From Candidatus Bathyarchaeota archaeon (GTDB lineage Archaea; Thermoproteota; Bathyarchaeia; 40CM-2-53-6; RBG-13-38-9), in contig CAWECG010000004.1 of assembly GCA_963807605.1 (NCBI GenBank), positions 128,001-192,000 of the forward strand: 64,000 nt of DNA, in the 5' to 3' direction. Below are positions 29,967 through 39,255 of this stretch, one piece after another (position 1 is the stretch's first letter; every line of letters begins with the position of its first letter). Under the pieces are notes generated by a model that made no database searches, was not told the origin of the DNA, and saw nothing but the letters and a program-made list of their open reading frames with translations. A program made the position numbers and the translations under genes.

Positions 29967-30168
29967 TGCACGCGCGGGTACGATTGCTTATCCGAAGCTA
30001 GAAAGCTCCAAAGTGTAACGTAAGCGATATTTTCAGATGTCAATCCCTAGCGAAGTTGGGTCTAAAACAAGTACTCAAGGGTGAGGTCGCGCCTGCCTTG
30101 TGGCAGGCTCTGTCAAGTCTTCGTCTGATCGTTGGGACTGTAAAAATTCGTCGGATAAGCCCGTTCGT

Positions 30169-30405
30169 TCAAGTCTCTTGTGCTTTTCTTATGAGTGGCA
30201 AGCTCTCCGAAATCAGTTTGTAAAAGGCCTCTAAGTCGGGAAGGGACATGTGAATGTTTGCATATATTCTAGGAGGCTTGTATACGGCTTGTCCAAATGA
30301 GAGCCGAATCATTCCCTTCTTCCAATTAACTATAAAATAATCGGCGTAGGAATCAAACCTAATGTCTTCAATGGGTTTCTCTTTTTCTGTTGCCAAAGCC
30401 CTCAT
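30169..30405 (-). CDS. Small DUF3467-like passenger protein
   Basis: YADYFIV..IRLSFGQ..ANIHMS..LEAFYKLI pattern. Confidence 0.55.
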   Translation of the reverse strand: MRALATEKEKPIEDIRFDSYADYFIVNWKKGMIRLSFGQAVYKPPRIYANIHMSLPDLEAFYKLISESLPLIRKAQET

Positions 30406-30462
30406 TCCTTGCGACTACATTTATAAGTACGCGATTCCGAGAAAGATAAAGGGTGCGGTGGC

Positions 30463-30783
30463 TTGGAGACATTTAACGGAACTGATGAAACGCCCGTGTC
30501 TGCTTATTCAATGTCTGCACCTCCTCCAATACCTCCTTCGTGGAAAAGTTCATGCGTTCCAGAACGTCCTTGGAACAGCAAGGTGGAGATGTCAACGATG
30601 ATTGAACAAAAGGCAAACCTCGTCCTTGATACTTGGAGGGTTCGCTATGAATCACCACCGTTGACCGAACAAGAGTTAAAAGATATTCACAGTGGAATCG
30701 AAGAAATCCGTTCCGGTAAGGCCAAGCATTTTGTAAGTATTCGTGAGACACTTGAGTGGCTCCATCGCAAACGCACAGAGTAG
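30463..30783 (+). CDS. Putative antitoxin (start may be ATG30589)
   Basis: PLTEQELKDIHSGIEEIRSGKAKHF..ETLEWL is typical of RelB-like antitoxin C-termini; overlaps the toxin gene. Confidence 0.65.
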   Translation: METFNGTDETPVSAYSMSAPPPIPPSWKSSCVPERPWNSKVEMSTMIEQKANLVLDTWRVRYESPPLTEQELKDIHSGIEEIRSGKAKHFVSIRETLEWLHRKRTE

Positions 30784-31054
30784 CATTTGGAGTTTCGACA
30801 TAACTAGAACTTTCGACGCTGGCTACGCATCAAAGGACAAGGAGAACCAGCTTCGGGTTGACGATGCCCTAACGATGTTAAGTTCCAGCAAACAACCGCA
30901 AAGACTAGGAGAACTCAAGAATACGCCAGACGGGCGTGTTCTCGTCTATGATATCGGGCTTAAGTACCGTCTCAGTTATCGTGTCGCATTCACTACTCGA
31001 ACAATCCAACTTCTTCGTGTCTGTGACCACAAGACGGTTTACGGCAAGGATTAA
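30752..31054 (+). CDS. RelE/ParE-superfamily toxin
   Basis: TRTFD..P..LGELK..YDIGLKYRLSYRV..IQLLRVCDHKTVY. Confidence 0.75.
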   Translation: MSGSIANAQSSIWSFDITRTFDAGYASKDKENQLRVDDALTMLSSSKQPQRLGELKNTPDGRVLVYDIGLKYRLSYRVAFTTRTIQLLRVCDHKTVYGKD

Positions 31055-32166
31055 GTCTTTTTGATTTTTGCGTTTTGTATTAATGTCATCCATTTGTCTT
31101 GCCCCTCAACTCTGATTCCACACGCTTCCGCTGGTGTTCTTCCTTCTAGGGCTTCGTGTGGTCTGATGTAGTTGTGAAAGATTTGATAACCTGTCAGAAT
31201 TGGTGTATCAGACTTCTTTAGACCTCGCATAACCTTCTCTCGGTCTCGAATCTCACCGTTGAGCCGTTCCATCTTGTTATTGTTCCTGTCACCTTGAATC
31301 CTGATGTGACTGACGTGTTGAGGTCTCGGCTGTCCGTGTTGCCAAAACTCCTTACGATAAGCATCATGATACGCTGGCAGTCCGTCAGTGATTAACAACA
31401 TAGGCTTCTTACCTGCAATTTCCTTGCCCATTCGAAATAGTGCCCTAGCATCATGGGTGAATTTGGTTTCAGCTACTTCTTGAGCTATCCAGAAGCGTGT
31501 CTCATCATCCATCAACGCAAAGAGGTACTTCATATTGCCTCTGACTTTCAAGTAGAGTTCGTCGGCTCTCCAAGTGTCTGACACTTGAGGTTGAATCTTG
31601 TCGAGATACTTCTTCATAAGAGCCATGTACTTGCCTATCCAGTTGTGTATAGTTTGGTGACTAACGCTTACTCCGATAAGCCTCAGAGACTTTGAAGTAT
31701 TACGCAGTGACTCTCCACTGAAGTACAGTTGCATAGCGGTTGTGATTCCTTGCGGGCTATGCTTCATCTTCTCGAAACCAATATTAATCGTGAAGTATTT
31801 TCTGCAATCTTTACAGTTGAACTTCTGAATGTCACCATGCCTGTTATGTCTGACTCCATCCCTCACGACCTTGGATGAACCGCAGAAGATACAACTGTGA
31901 ATGTCAGAAATCGGCTCGATAACCCTAGCTTGAACTTCCCTTCTTAACTTACGGCTGAATTCAACTGCCCAAATATGCTTGCACTTTACGCCTCTGTGGA
32001 TGTGGTCTGGACATGAACAAGCCCAACCTTCCCCTGCTAGTCGAATATCATAATCGCCATTGCCTGACTGAGACTTCACTGTGTAGGCATATTCATCTAG
32101 TCGCTGAATCTGGTTGGGTGACTCGGCTATTGCCTTGCCCCTTTCCATGCGGAAACTGTCAGTCAT
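31051..32166 (-). CDS. IS6-family-like DDE transposase with N-terminal SWIM and zinc-ribbon domains
   Basis: CSCPD..CKHIWAV (SWIM), CIFC..CKDC, WRADELY, ITDGLPAY, NNKMERLNG and HNYIRPH motifs. Confidence 0.92.
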   Translation of the reverse strand: MTDSFRMERGKAIAESPNQIQRLDEYAYTVKSQSGNGDYDIRLAGEGWACSCPDHIHRGVKCKHIWAVEFSRKLRREVQARVIEPISDIHSCIFCGSSKVVRDGVRHNRHGDIQKFNCKDCRKYFTINIGFEKMKHSPQGITTAMQLYFSGESLRNTSKSLRLIGVSVSHQTIHNWIGKYMALMKKYLDKIQPQVSDTWRADELYLKVRGNMKYLFALMDDETRFWIAQEVAETKFTHDARALFRMGKEIAGKKPMLLITDGLPAYHDAYRKEFWQHGQPRPQHVSHIRIQGDRNNNKMERLNGEIRDREKVMRGLKKSDTPILTGYQIFHNYIRPHEALEGRTPAEACGIRVEGQDKWMTLIQNAKIKKT

Positions 32167-32267
32167 ACTACCATACCACAAGTAGTATTATTGTAAGTAG
32201 GTCGTATTTAAGCCTATACTATAAAACTTTTATATGATAACAATACATTACTATGGTAAGATGCGAT

Positions 32268-32430
32268 ATGTCCGAACAAGAAACTACCAAGAGAGAAACC
32301 ACATCAATCAGAGATCAAACCTGCACTTTGGAAAGAAACCAAAATCGAAGCCATCAGGGAAGGCAAGACAACTTCTGAAGTTGTGGAGGCGGTGTTGGAA
32401 GAATGGCTGAAGGAGAAAAGAAAGAAGTAG
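32268..32430 (+). CDS. Ribbon-helix-helix regulator divergent from the transposase, with a 1-nt frameshift near 32311
   Basis: MSEQETTKRETTSI / IKPALWKETKIEAIREGKTTSEVVEAVLEEWL in two frames. Confidence 0.6.
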
Positions 32431-32566
32431 AGTCAAGCCCAGAAAAGAATTGGAATGAGTATTACAATAATAGGCGGGATTATCTACAGAAGCTAATAGG
32501 TAAGTTCGAATTAGCAGGCAAACGAGGAGAGTGTGTACATTCTAGCGATGGAGCCCTTGCTTTTGG

Positions 32567-32755
32567 ATGGATTCGCAGACTACTCTCGAATACATAAACG
32601 AACAACACGAAGTCAACAAGGGATTAGAAAGCAAAATCGCTGACCTGACCAAGATTGTAGAGACATTAAAGAATAAGATGAAAAAGTACGAGTTAACCAT
32701 GGACGAATTGACAGGGTACTTCGAAAGACAACGAGACAAGATCGTCGATGAGTGA
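32567..32755 (+). CDS. Small coiled-coil passenger protein
   Basis: Heptad pattern; stop overlaps the next ATG (32748). Confidence 0.5.
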   Translation: MDSQTTLEYINEQHEVNKGLESKIADLTKIVETLKNKMKKYELTMDELTGYFERQRDKIVDE

Positions 32756-33027
32756 AGATATAGCTCGACGTTTGAAGAGGCTTCTGGAAGAGTTAGAAAA
32801 GGAAGCGGAACAGGAAAAGATTAGAAGGGAGAACAGAGAAAGACCAAAACTCGTTAGATTTGGTCTGAGAGAACATGAGGCAAGAGCATGGCTTGAACAA
32901 GAACCCGACTACGATAAACCCATCATCCGACGAAATTTTACAGGAACAAGAAACCGACGCAGACTTGACAGAACCCTTGTGGCACAATGTTTTAAGGAGT
33001 CCTCTTGGGATGGTAAGGAAGATTCGA

Positions 33028-33306
33028 ATGACGAAAAAGAGGAAATCCGGTGGAAGAAGCAAAGGTGGAAAAGGTCGAAGTGAGCTTGTCCAGTGCACGA
33101 ACTGTGGGATGCTTGTTCCTAGAGACAAGGTCAAGCGGGTGACTAGTAGGTTTTCACTGGTTGATCCGGCGCTGGCAAGAGAGCTAAGGGCAAGCGGAGC
33201 CTACATCGCAAGACCGTCGACCTTCAAGTACTACTGTGTCTCTTGTGCTGTTCATTTTGGTATCTCCAAAGTCAGAGCACGTGACGAGCGCCGCAGGCTC
33301 TACTGA
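33028..33306 (+). CDS. rps26e: 30S ribosomal protein S26e
   Basis: MTKKRKSGGRSKG..VQCTNCG..VPRDK..YCVSCAVH..VRARDER; true start ATG33028. Confidence 0.95.
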   Translation: MTKKRKSGGRSKGGKGRSELVQCTNCGMLVPRDKVKRVTSRFSLVDPALARELRASGAYIARPSTFKYYCVSCAVHFGISKVRARDERRRLY

Positions 33307-33328
33307 TCCAACCATCTATGGAGATCAG

Positions 33329-33907
33329 TCAATTGAGATGCCTGTACGCGTAGAGAATTCTATGAACGACCGTTACCGTCGACAGAACAGCGAGAACTAT
33401 GATGCCGTACTCAATGCTTCGCAGGAATGAAGCCGTTACTAGAATGAGTAACCTTTCCGGCCTCTCTGCAAACCCGATACCTGACATCTTGAGCCCCTCA
33501 ACTTCCACTCTGGCCCTCACATAGCTAACCATCAACGAAGCAGAGATAGAAGCCAACCCCCAAAGGGGGCTAGCCAAACCTCCAAGAACGATCCCTGATA
33601 GAATAAAGATCTCTGCAAATCTGTCAAACGTCGAATCCAAGATGCCGCCAAATTTTGTCTCGCCGTAAAGTCTGGCTAGTGATCCGTCGACAGCGTCAAA
33701 GAATCCGGAGATAAGCACTAGACATGGTGCGACCACGAAAGTCCAGAAATCGGAGACCCCGAGAAAAAAGACTAAACCCGCGACAGCCGCGAAGACTAAT
33801 CCTAGGGCAGTCGAGGAATTAGGAGTTAAACCCGCTTTATGAAGGCCGAGAGCTGAGCTGTTGAGAAAGAAGACGAACTTTTGTCTTAGAGCAGAAAGCA
33901 AATTCAC
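33329..33907 (-). CDS. CDP-alcohol phosphatidyltransferase (archaetidylinositol-phosphate synthase-like)
   Basis: DAVDGSLAR..GGILDSTFDR, SYVRAR and ERPERL motifs. Confidence 0.92.
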   Translation of the reverse strand: MNLLSALRQKFVFFLNSSALGLHKAGLTPNSSTALGLVFAAVAGLVFFLGVSDFWTFVVAPCLVLISGFFDAVDGSLARLYGETKFGGILDSTFDRFAEIFILSGIVLGGLASPLWGLASISASLMVSYVRARVEVEGLKMSGIGFAERPERLLILVTASFLRSIEYGIIVLAVLSTVTVVHRILYAYRHLN

Positions 33908-34046
33908 TAGCCCTGTCAGAATCTCCCAATCTTGGATTTAAGTACTTCAACATTCAACTTGATACATCCCAGATGCGTATAGTTTTTCAAGCATTCTGAA
34001 GCATAAATCACAGCAATTGTGGATCGGTAGAAGGTGACATAAAGAA

Positions 34047-34253
34047 ATGGGCAGAATAGAAAAGGGCGAAAAGTGTACAGTAAAGGGATGCGGCAATCCC
34101 GCCGTAAGATCCCTCGCAGCCGAAAAGGTGACAAGGACAGGATTGCAGGTCGAAAGCTCGAAAAGGGCTTACCTCTGTAAAGAGCACTACAAGGAAATGA
34201 AGAAGAAATCAAAGAAGGATAGACTTCTAGAAAGATGGCGGATGATGGGGTAA
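34047..34253 (+). CDS. Small zinc-binding protein upstream of thrS
   Basis: CTVKGC..AVRS..YLCKEHYKE. Confidence 0.75.
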   Translation: MGRIEKGEKCTVKGCGNPAVRSLAAEKVTRTGLQVESSKRAYLCKEHYKEMKKKSKKDRLLERWRMMG

Positions 34254-34278
34254 AACTCATAGAAGGGGGCTTCACTGT

Positions 34279-36123
34279 CTGAGAGTTCTATTCATACATT
34301 CAAGTCACTTCGAGTATGAAGTAAAAGACAAAGCGGTCGAGGAAGCCGAGTCCATTGATGAAGCGGAAAAGAAGGGTAGCATGGACGAAGTCCTTGTTGC
34401 CTTCTGCTCCGTGGAGAAGACTGATGAGTCTGACTTGGAAACAGTGGCCCTCAAGACCGCAGAGGAGATTGCGAAAATCGCTTCAACTGTGAGAACGGAC
34501 AATGTTCTCATCTATCCATACGCGCATCTGTCGAGCAACCTAGCTCCACCGTCAGTAGCAATCCCCCTTCTGAGGCGAATGACTCAGATAATCGCTTCGA
34601 AGGGGTACAACGTCAGACGAAGCCCGTTTGGGTACTACAAGAGCTTCAAATTGGAATGCAAGGGCCACCCGCTCGCAGAGCTGTCAAGAACCATTACGGC
34701 TGAGAAGGCAGAGGAGAAGGCCGCGGCCGTCGAGACGGAGTACATGGTGCTCGGAACCGACGGTAAGTTATGTAAACCTGAGAACTATCTCTCCTACCCT
34801 GACTCTGAGTTCAAGTCACTTGTCATGAAAGAGGCTCTTCGAAAGGAACTGCCCGGTGGCCAGCCGAAGTTTCTGGACTATTGCCGAAAGTTCGGTATCG
34901 AATGGGAACCCTACTCAGATGTCGGCCACATGCGGTATGGACCTGAGGGTACCCTCTTGTTTGACCTGATCAGTGAGTATGCTTGGCTACAAGCCAACTC
35001 TATTGGCATACCTTTGGTTCGAGTCAGAGGCACTAACATGTTTGACTTGGCAATCAGACCCGTCAGAGAACACGCCAAGCTCTTCGGAGATAGGCTGTAC
35101 GAGATAAACGTGGATGAGAAAAGTTTCGTCCTGAGGTATGCCGCTTGTCACCAGCAGTTTGCCATGGTCAAGGATTGGTCTCTAAGCTACAAGCAACTTC
35201 CTTTCGGGACTTTTGAAGTCGCAGACAGCTATAGACTGGAGCAGAGCGGGGAACTATTGCTGTGTTTCCGGGTTAGAAAACTCCACATGCCCGACCTCCA
35301 TGTCTACTGCAAGGGCGTTGACGAAGCGAAGGAACTTTCTAGAAAAGTTCACGATAAGATCTACAGTGAAATAAGGAAACTTGGAAGGGAATACGTCTCG
35401 ATATACAATACCACCAGAGAATTCTTCGAGTCGAACCGAGAGTTCTTTATGCAGCTTGTAGAGGTTGAGCAGAAACCGATACTATTGAACTTCGTGCCTG
35501 AGGGAATCTTCTATTGGGTCCTGAATGTAGAATACACAATAATTGACGACTTGAACAGGCCTCGCGAGATAGCGACTTTCCAGATCGACATTGGCAACGC
35601 TGACCGATTCAACATTGCGTACACCGATTCCAAGGGTCTGAGGCAGTATCCTGCAATAATACACACTGCAATCATCGGGACGATAGAACGATACCTCTTC
35701 ACAGTCCTCGACTGTGCAGTGAAGGCAGAGAATCGAGGCGAGAAACCTAAGCTTCCAGTTTGGCTTTCACCGACTCAGGTCAGAATAATCCCTGTAACTT
35801 CAAATCAGATGGAACACGCCAATCTCATAGCGGCCGGGCTCGAAGAACGGCAAATAAGAGTAGATGTCGACGATCGTGAAGAGACGCTTCAAAAGAGAAT
35901 TAGGGATGCAGAAATCAGCTGGGTTCCGTATGTCATCGTTATTGGTCGAAAGGAGTCCGGAGCAGGTGAGTTTCCAGTTAGAGTAAGGGAGGAGGGGAGA
36001 TCTCGAATTATGAGTACTGACGTGATTGTACGAGAGCTAAAGGAGAGAACCAAGGGTTATCCATTCATTCCCTTACCTTTGCCAAGGCTGTTAAGCACTA
36101 GGCCAGGCTACAAGCGAATCTGA
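34279..36123 (+). CDS. thrS: Threonine--tRNA ligase (archaeal type); probable CTG start at 34279
   Basis: Upstream frame reads (L)RVLFIHSSHFEYE; YPYAHLSS, PFGYYKSF..CKGHPLAELSR, LRYAAC, IIHTAIIGTIER and LPVWLSPTQVR motifs. Confidence 0.95.
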   Translation: MRVLFIHSSHFEYEVKDKAVEEAESIDEAEKKGSMDEVLVAFCSVEKTDESDLETVALKTAEEIAKIASTVRTDNVLIYPYAHLSSNLAPPSVAIPLLRRMTQIIASKGYNVRRSPFGYYKSFKLECKGHPLAELSRTITAEKAEEKAAAVETEYMVLGTDGKLCKPENYLSYPDSEFKSLVMKEALRKELPGGQPKFLDYCRKFGIEWEPYSDVGHMRYGPEGTLLFDLISEYAWLQANSIGIPLVRVRGTNMFDLAIRPVREHAKLFGDRLYEINVDEKSFVLRYAACHQQFAMVKDWSLSYKQLPFGTFEVADSYRLEQSGELLLCFRVRKLHMPDLHVYCKGVDEAKELSRKVHDKIYSEIRKLGREYVSIYNTTREFFESNREFFMQLVEVEQKPILLNFVPEGIFYWVLNVEYTIIDDLNRPREIATFQIDIGNADRFNIAYTDSKGLRQYPAIIHTAIIGTIERYLFTVLDCAVKAENRGEKPKLPVWLSPTQVRIIPVTSNQMEHANLIAAGLEERQIRVDVDDREETLQKRIRDAEISWVPYVIVIGRKESGAGEFPVRVREEGRSRIMSTDVIVRELKERTKGYPFIPLPLPRLLSTRPGYKRI

Positions 36124-36202
36124 ACGGAAGCAGTGAGTTTCCCTACCGCTCTGAAAGTTTTATATTGTGACTAAGCCTTATTCACTGAGAACTAAGTGAT
36201 GT

Positions 36203-36484
36203 GTGATGAACCGAGATCAGATCTACGGTGGATTGATACTCCTCATCTCATTGATCGTGGCAATCATCTATATCGCGGCCTTCTTTGCGCCTTGGGTCTC
36301 CATGCTCTTCTCAGCGTGGCCTGCATGGCTTAACTGGTGGGCAGTGGCTATCCCTGTCTTTCTCTTCGTTGTAGCCGCACTGCTGATCTGCATGTGGATA
36401 GGTTGGACAATGTTGACAACCCCCCCTCCTGCTCCACTCGAGACCGAACCAACTTCGGCGCCAGCCACTGAAACCAAAGAATAG
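36203..36484 (+). CDS. Small two-TM membrane protein
   Basis: Two hydrophobic helices and WIGWTMLTTPPP; TTTTATAT TATA-like element near 36158. Confidence 0.75.
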   Translation: MMNRDQIYGGLILLISLIVAIIYIAAFFAPWVSMLFSAWPAWLNWWAVAIPVFLFVVAALLICMWIGWTMLTTPPPAPLETEPTSAPATETKE

Positions 36485-36575
36485 AGCTCACGATTTGACA
36501 GCCGGATGCTTTCCGTCTGAAATATCCTCTTTTCATTTCTTCTCGTTCAAACTGCCAGATGGATCCATGACAGAG

Positions 36576-37319
36576 CTAGAATACACTCTCTCTAGAGTAA
36601 ACCTCGATCCCGTTGGAGGTTATTCTGTACGGTCTAATCTGGGTATCTATGGGAGTCTCTCTCATTTTCTCTATCTGAAGAACCCGTGTAATCGACTTCC
36701 CTACCTGCAATGTCTGAAGAACGATTACACCGTGAGCCAGATACTCCTCCAGTTGCAGGCTTCTCTCTAACCCTGATGTTCTCATTTCAGTGGTCATGAG
36801 CGTTGTCGCTCCAGTAGCTGAGAGGACGTCCATAAGGTCTAAGATTATAGCTCGGCGTTGAATTATATCTGGGTACTGAAAGACAAGAGAGGTTATGGGG
36901 TCAAGGATCAGCCGTTCGGCACGAACAGATTTGGCGCTCGACCTAATGTTTTGGAGTGCGCTATTCAGCGAGAACTCCCTCCTACCTATTGCTAGCTTTC
37001 CGCTTCGAGACTCACCCTCCGATTTCTGGGTTGGCGAGAGATCTGTAAATGCCCACTTTTTCGCTCTCTCGAATTCTAAGATATCCCAGCCGTATGAAAC
37101 CATTTCTCTTGTCAGGTGATTTCTGCTTTCGTCCAAACTGATGAACAGTCCAGCTTGACCGTAGTCTTTGATTCCATTGATAAGGAATTGTGCACACAAT
37201 GTGGTCTTGCCAGTACCTGGACCACCGACGACCAAAACGACACGACCCTTAGGAATGCCACCGGCCAACATCTCATCCAAGCCGGAGATCCCAGTTGGCA
37301 CCCTCTCTATCTTCGACAT
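36576..37319 (-). CDS. KaiC/RAD55-family RecA-superfamily ATPase (single domain)
   Basis: PTGISGLDEML.GGIP, GGPGTGKT, EEYLAHGVI and IEKMRET motifs. Confidence 0.92.
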   Translation of the reverse strand: MSKIERVPTGISGLDEMLAGGIPKGRVVLVVGGPGTGKTTLCAQFLINGIKDYGQAGLFISLDESRNHLTREMVSYGWDILEFERAKKWAFTDLSPTQKSEGESRSGKLAIGRREFSLNSALQNIRSSAKSVRAERLILDPITSLVFQYPDIIQRRAIILDLMDVLSATGATTLMTTEMRTSGLERSLQLEEYLAHGVIVLQTLQVGKSITRVLQIEKMRETPIDTQIRPYRITSNGIEVYSRESVF

Positions 37320-37529
37320 GCGATATCCTCGTTGCGTTATACATTAGTTGATGATAGACGATTTAACGATTTTGAGACAGAGAAGTCGAAAGATAGAGGA
37401 TAGAGTGAATTCAAGACAGCCGATAGACGACGGCGGTTCGGATTGTAGGCGGTTATTGTAAACCTATATATCCATCAGGCAAGAAATGATAGATCGTTTC
37501 TGATCTCTCGCAAGAGACTGGTGTGCATC

Positions 37530-38036
37530 TTGGTGAAAGAAGATTTTGAAAAAGCAATAAGCGCTGCAGAAAAGCAATCTTCCTCCTTCAGAGCAGAACA
37601 GGTCGCGATGAGAGCTGCTCTTGACGAGCTCAAGAAAATGCGTGAAGGGCACGAAGTGGATGACACTCTTTACGAGGAATTGTATCAGAAATACTCACAG
37701 CGCCTTACGGAAGCAAATGAGAAAGCGGAAGAGCACAAAGGCATCACCCAGAGCCTAAGAAACATAGCCAAGTACGAAAGAGAATTAGGCCAACTTCGAG
37801 AGTCTCAGCAAGAGTTTGCGGAAAGACTTGACAAGACTGATATCAAACTTGACGAAGAACGGAGCAAGATCATGGAGATGGCGGAACGCTTTGGAGTGGT
37901 TCTAGGCCATTATGAAGGGAGGCCTGCGCGCGCGCGCTCATCGAGAGAGGTAGCGCAGGCAGACTCTGAGATCGAGCGCCTCAGAAAAGAGATCTTGACA
38001 GAACTTGAGAGGGTCAAGTCACAAACGAAGAAATGA
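37530..38036 (+). CDS. Coiled-coil protein of unknown function
   Basis: Continuous E/K/R-rich heptads; start uncertain. Confidence 0.7.
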   Translation: MVKEDFEKAISAAEKQSSSFRAEQVAMRAALDELKKMREGHEVDDTLYEELYQKYSQRLTEANEKAEEHKGITQSLRNIAKYERELGQLRESQQEFAERLDKTDIKLDEERSKIMEMAERFGVVLGHYEGRPARARSSREVAQADSEIERLRKEILTELERVKSQTKK

Positions 38037-38142
38037 TCGTGTTGGAAGGGGAAGCGGGTCTTCCTTGCCCGCTAGCAAAAGGAAAGAGTCTTCTAGAAGG
38101 GTGTAGGGACGGTGCTTCCAATCTAGCTGTTGGAGGGAAACT

Positions 38143-38697
38143 ATGTTAGTCTTGAACCAAATCTCGATGCAGCTAGATTGGCAAACCCTGACAATAATTC
38201 TGCCCTTCGGAATGGTTGTCGTGGTCGTAATTTTGGGTGAAATACTGTTTAGAAGAAGACACAAGCGCGTCGGTTCACACGAGGTCGAGTTGGAAAGTGC
38301 CGACATTCAGGCCCCACCTATTCAGGGTCCACCAAATGAGTCGTATGACGAAGACTCGGAGGAGAATAAGCTTGAGAGACTCGAAGCCGAACTGGAAAAG
38401 ACATCAAGACTCTATTCTTCGGGAGAAATAGGACGAGAAGAGTTCTCAGACCGCATCCGCATAGTCGAGGACGAATTGCTAACACTCAAACCTCCTAGCC
38501 CACCGGCTGAAGGGCCTAAGATTGAGGAGCCTAAGATTGAACCGCCTAAGATTGAGGAGCCTAAGATTGAACCGCCTAAGATTGAGGAGCCTAAGATTGA
38601 ACCGCCTGAGATGAGACGTTGTATACACTGCAACCAAGAAATTCCACTCGACGCAGTGTATTGCGATAGGTGCGGTCGCTATCTTGGCGTTTCTTAA
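38143..38697 (+). CDS. Membrane-anchored protein with SHOCT-like motif, PKIE repeats and C-terminal zinc ribbon
   Basis: N-terminal TM, LYSSGEIGREEF and CIHC..CDRCG. Confidence 0.75.
   Translation: MLVLNQISMQLDWQTLTIILPFGMVVVVVILGEILFRRRHKRVGSHEVELESADIQAPPIQGPPNESYDEDSEENKLERLEAELEKTSRLYSSGEIGREEFSDRIRIVEDELLTLKPPSPPAEGPKIEEPKIEPPKIEEPKIEPPKIEEPKIEPPEMRRCIHCNQEIPLDAVYCDRCGRYLGVS
38515..38607 (+). repeat. Perfect 30-bp tandem repeat, 3 copies (CCTAAGATTGAGGAGCCTAAGATTGAACCG)
   Basis: Three identical units at 38515, 38545 and 38575, each encoding PKIEEPKIEP. Confidence 0.95.
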
Positions 38698-38771
38698 ACA
38701 AGTTGAACTTAAGATCGTGAGAGAGCCGGACAACTTTCGGTATTAGCAATATAAGATATAGTCATCGATCC

Positions 38772-39194
38772 CTAGGATCTGAAGAAGTAGCGAGGCCATT
38801 GGGGCCAGCCTTCAGTCTGTGTATTTTCGAAATCTACAGTCAGGTCCATCCCTATCTTGGCTTCCATTCCTTCATCCAAGGAGATTCGACCTGGAAGAGA
38901 CACTCCTTCCTCAAGTCTGACTATCCCGATAGTGTACGGGACTTGAGAGTTGAATTTCTTAGGAGCTATATGAACGACTGAGTATGTCTGAAGTTTCCCT
39001 CTCCCACTGAGTTCTGTCCATCGGAAGCTCGAGGAATAACAGTCTGGACAGACTATTCTTGGAGGAACAAAAAGTCTTTCGCATTTGGTGCACTTGACGG
39101 CCATGAGTCTGTCATGTCCGCAGAATTTGTAGAAGTTCTGAATAGTTGGGCAGATCTCGCCCTTCTCATCACGGTCAAAACCGATCTCTTCCAT
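38772..39194 (-). CDS. DUF35 zinc-ribbon/OB-fold protein
   Basis: CTKC..PPR..CPDC, GKLQTYSVVH and PYTIGIVRLEEG motifs. Confidence 0.9.
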   Translation of the reverse strand: MEEIGFDRDEKGEICPTIQNFYKFCGHDRLMAVKCTKCERLFVPPRIVCPDCYSSSFRWTELSGRGKLQTYSVVHIAPKKFNSQVPYTIGIVRLEEGVSLPGRISLDEGMEAKIGMDLTVDFENTQTEGWPQWPRYFFRS

Positions 39195-39255
39195 CCGTTA
39201 TTCCTCTGAGATTTAATTCTGCGATAGCATCAATTTAAGTCGTACTGTGACCAGG

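Larger units (their letters stand above)
30106..32975. mobile_element. IS6-like DDE transposon carrying passenger genes (2,870 bp)
   Basis: Left end GGCTCTGTCAAGTCTTCGTC and right end (reverse complement) GGTTCTGTCAAGTCTGCGTC; flanking 9-bp direct repeat CTTGTGGCA at 30097-30105 and 32976-32984; internal DDE transposase. Confidence 0.92.

Noticed and set aside
32748-33306. ORFs 32748..33083 and 32875..33306 as full-length genes
   Set aside because: Both cross the transposon right end. rpS26e starts at ATG33028, and the extensions are products of the insertion junction, although the 5' part of 32748 may be a real passenger gene.
38515-38607. 30-bp repeats as a CRISPR array
   Set aside because: The units are directly adjacent with no spacers, lie in frame within a CDS, and no cas genes are present.
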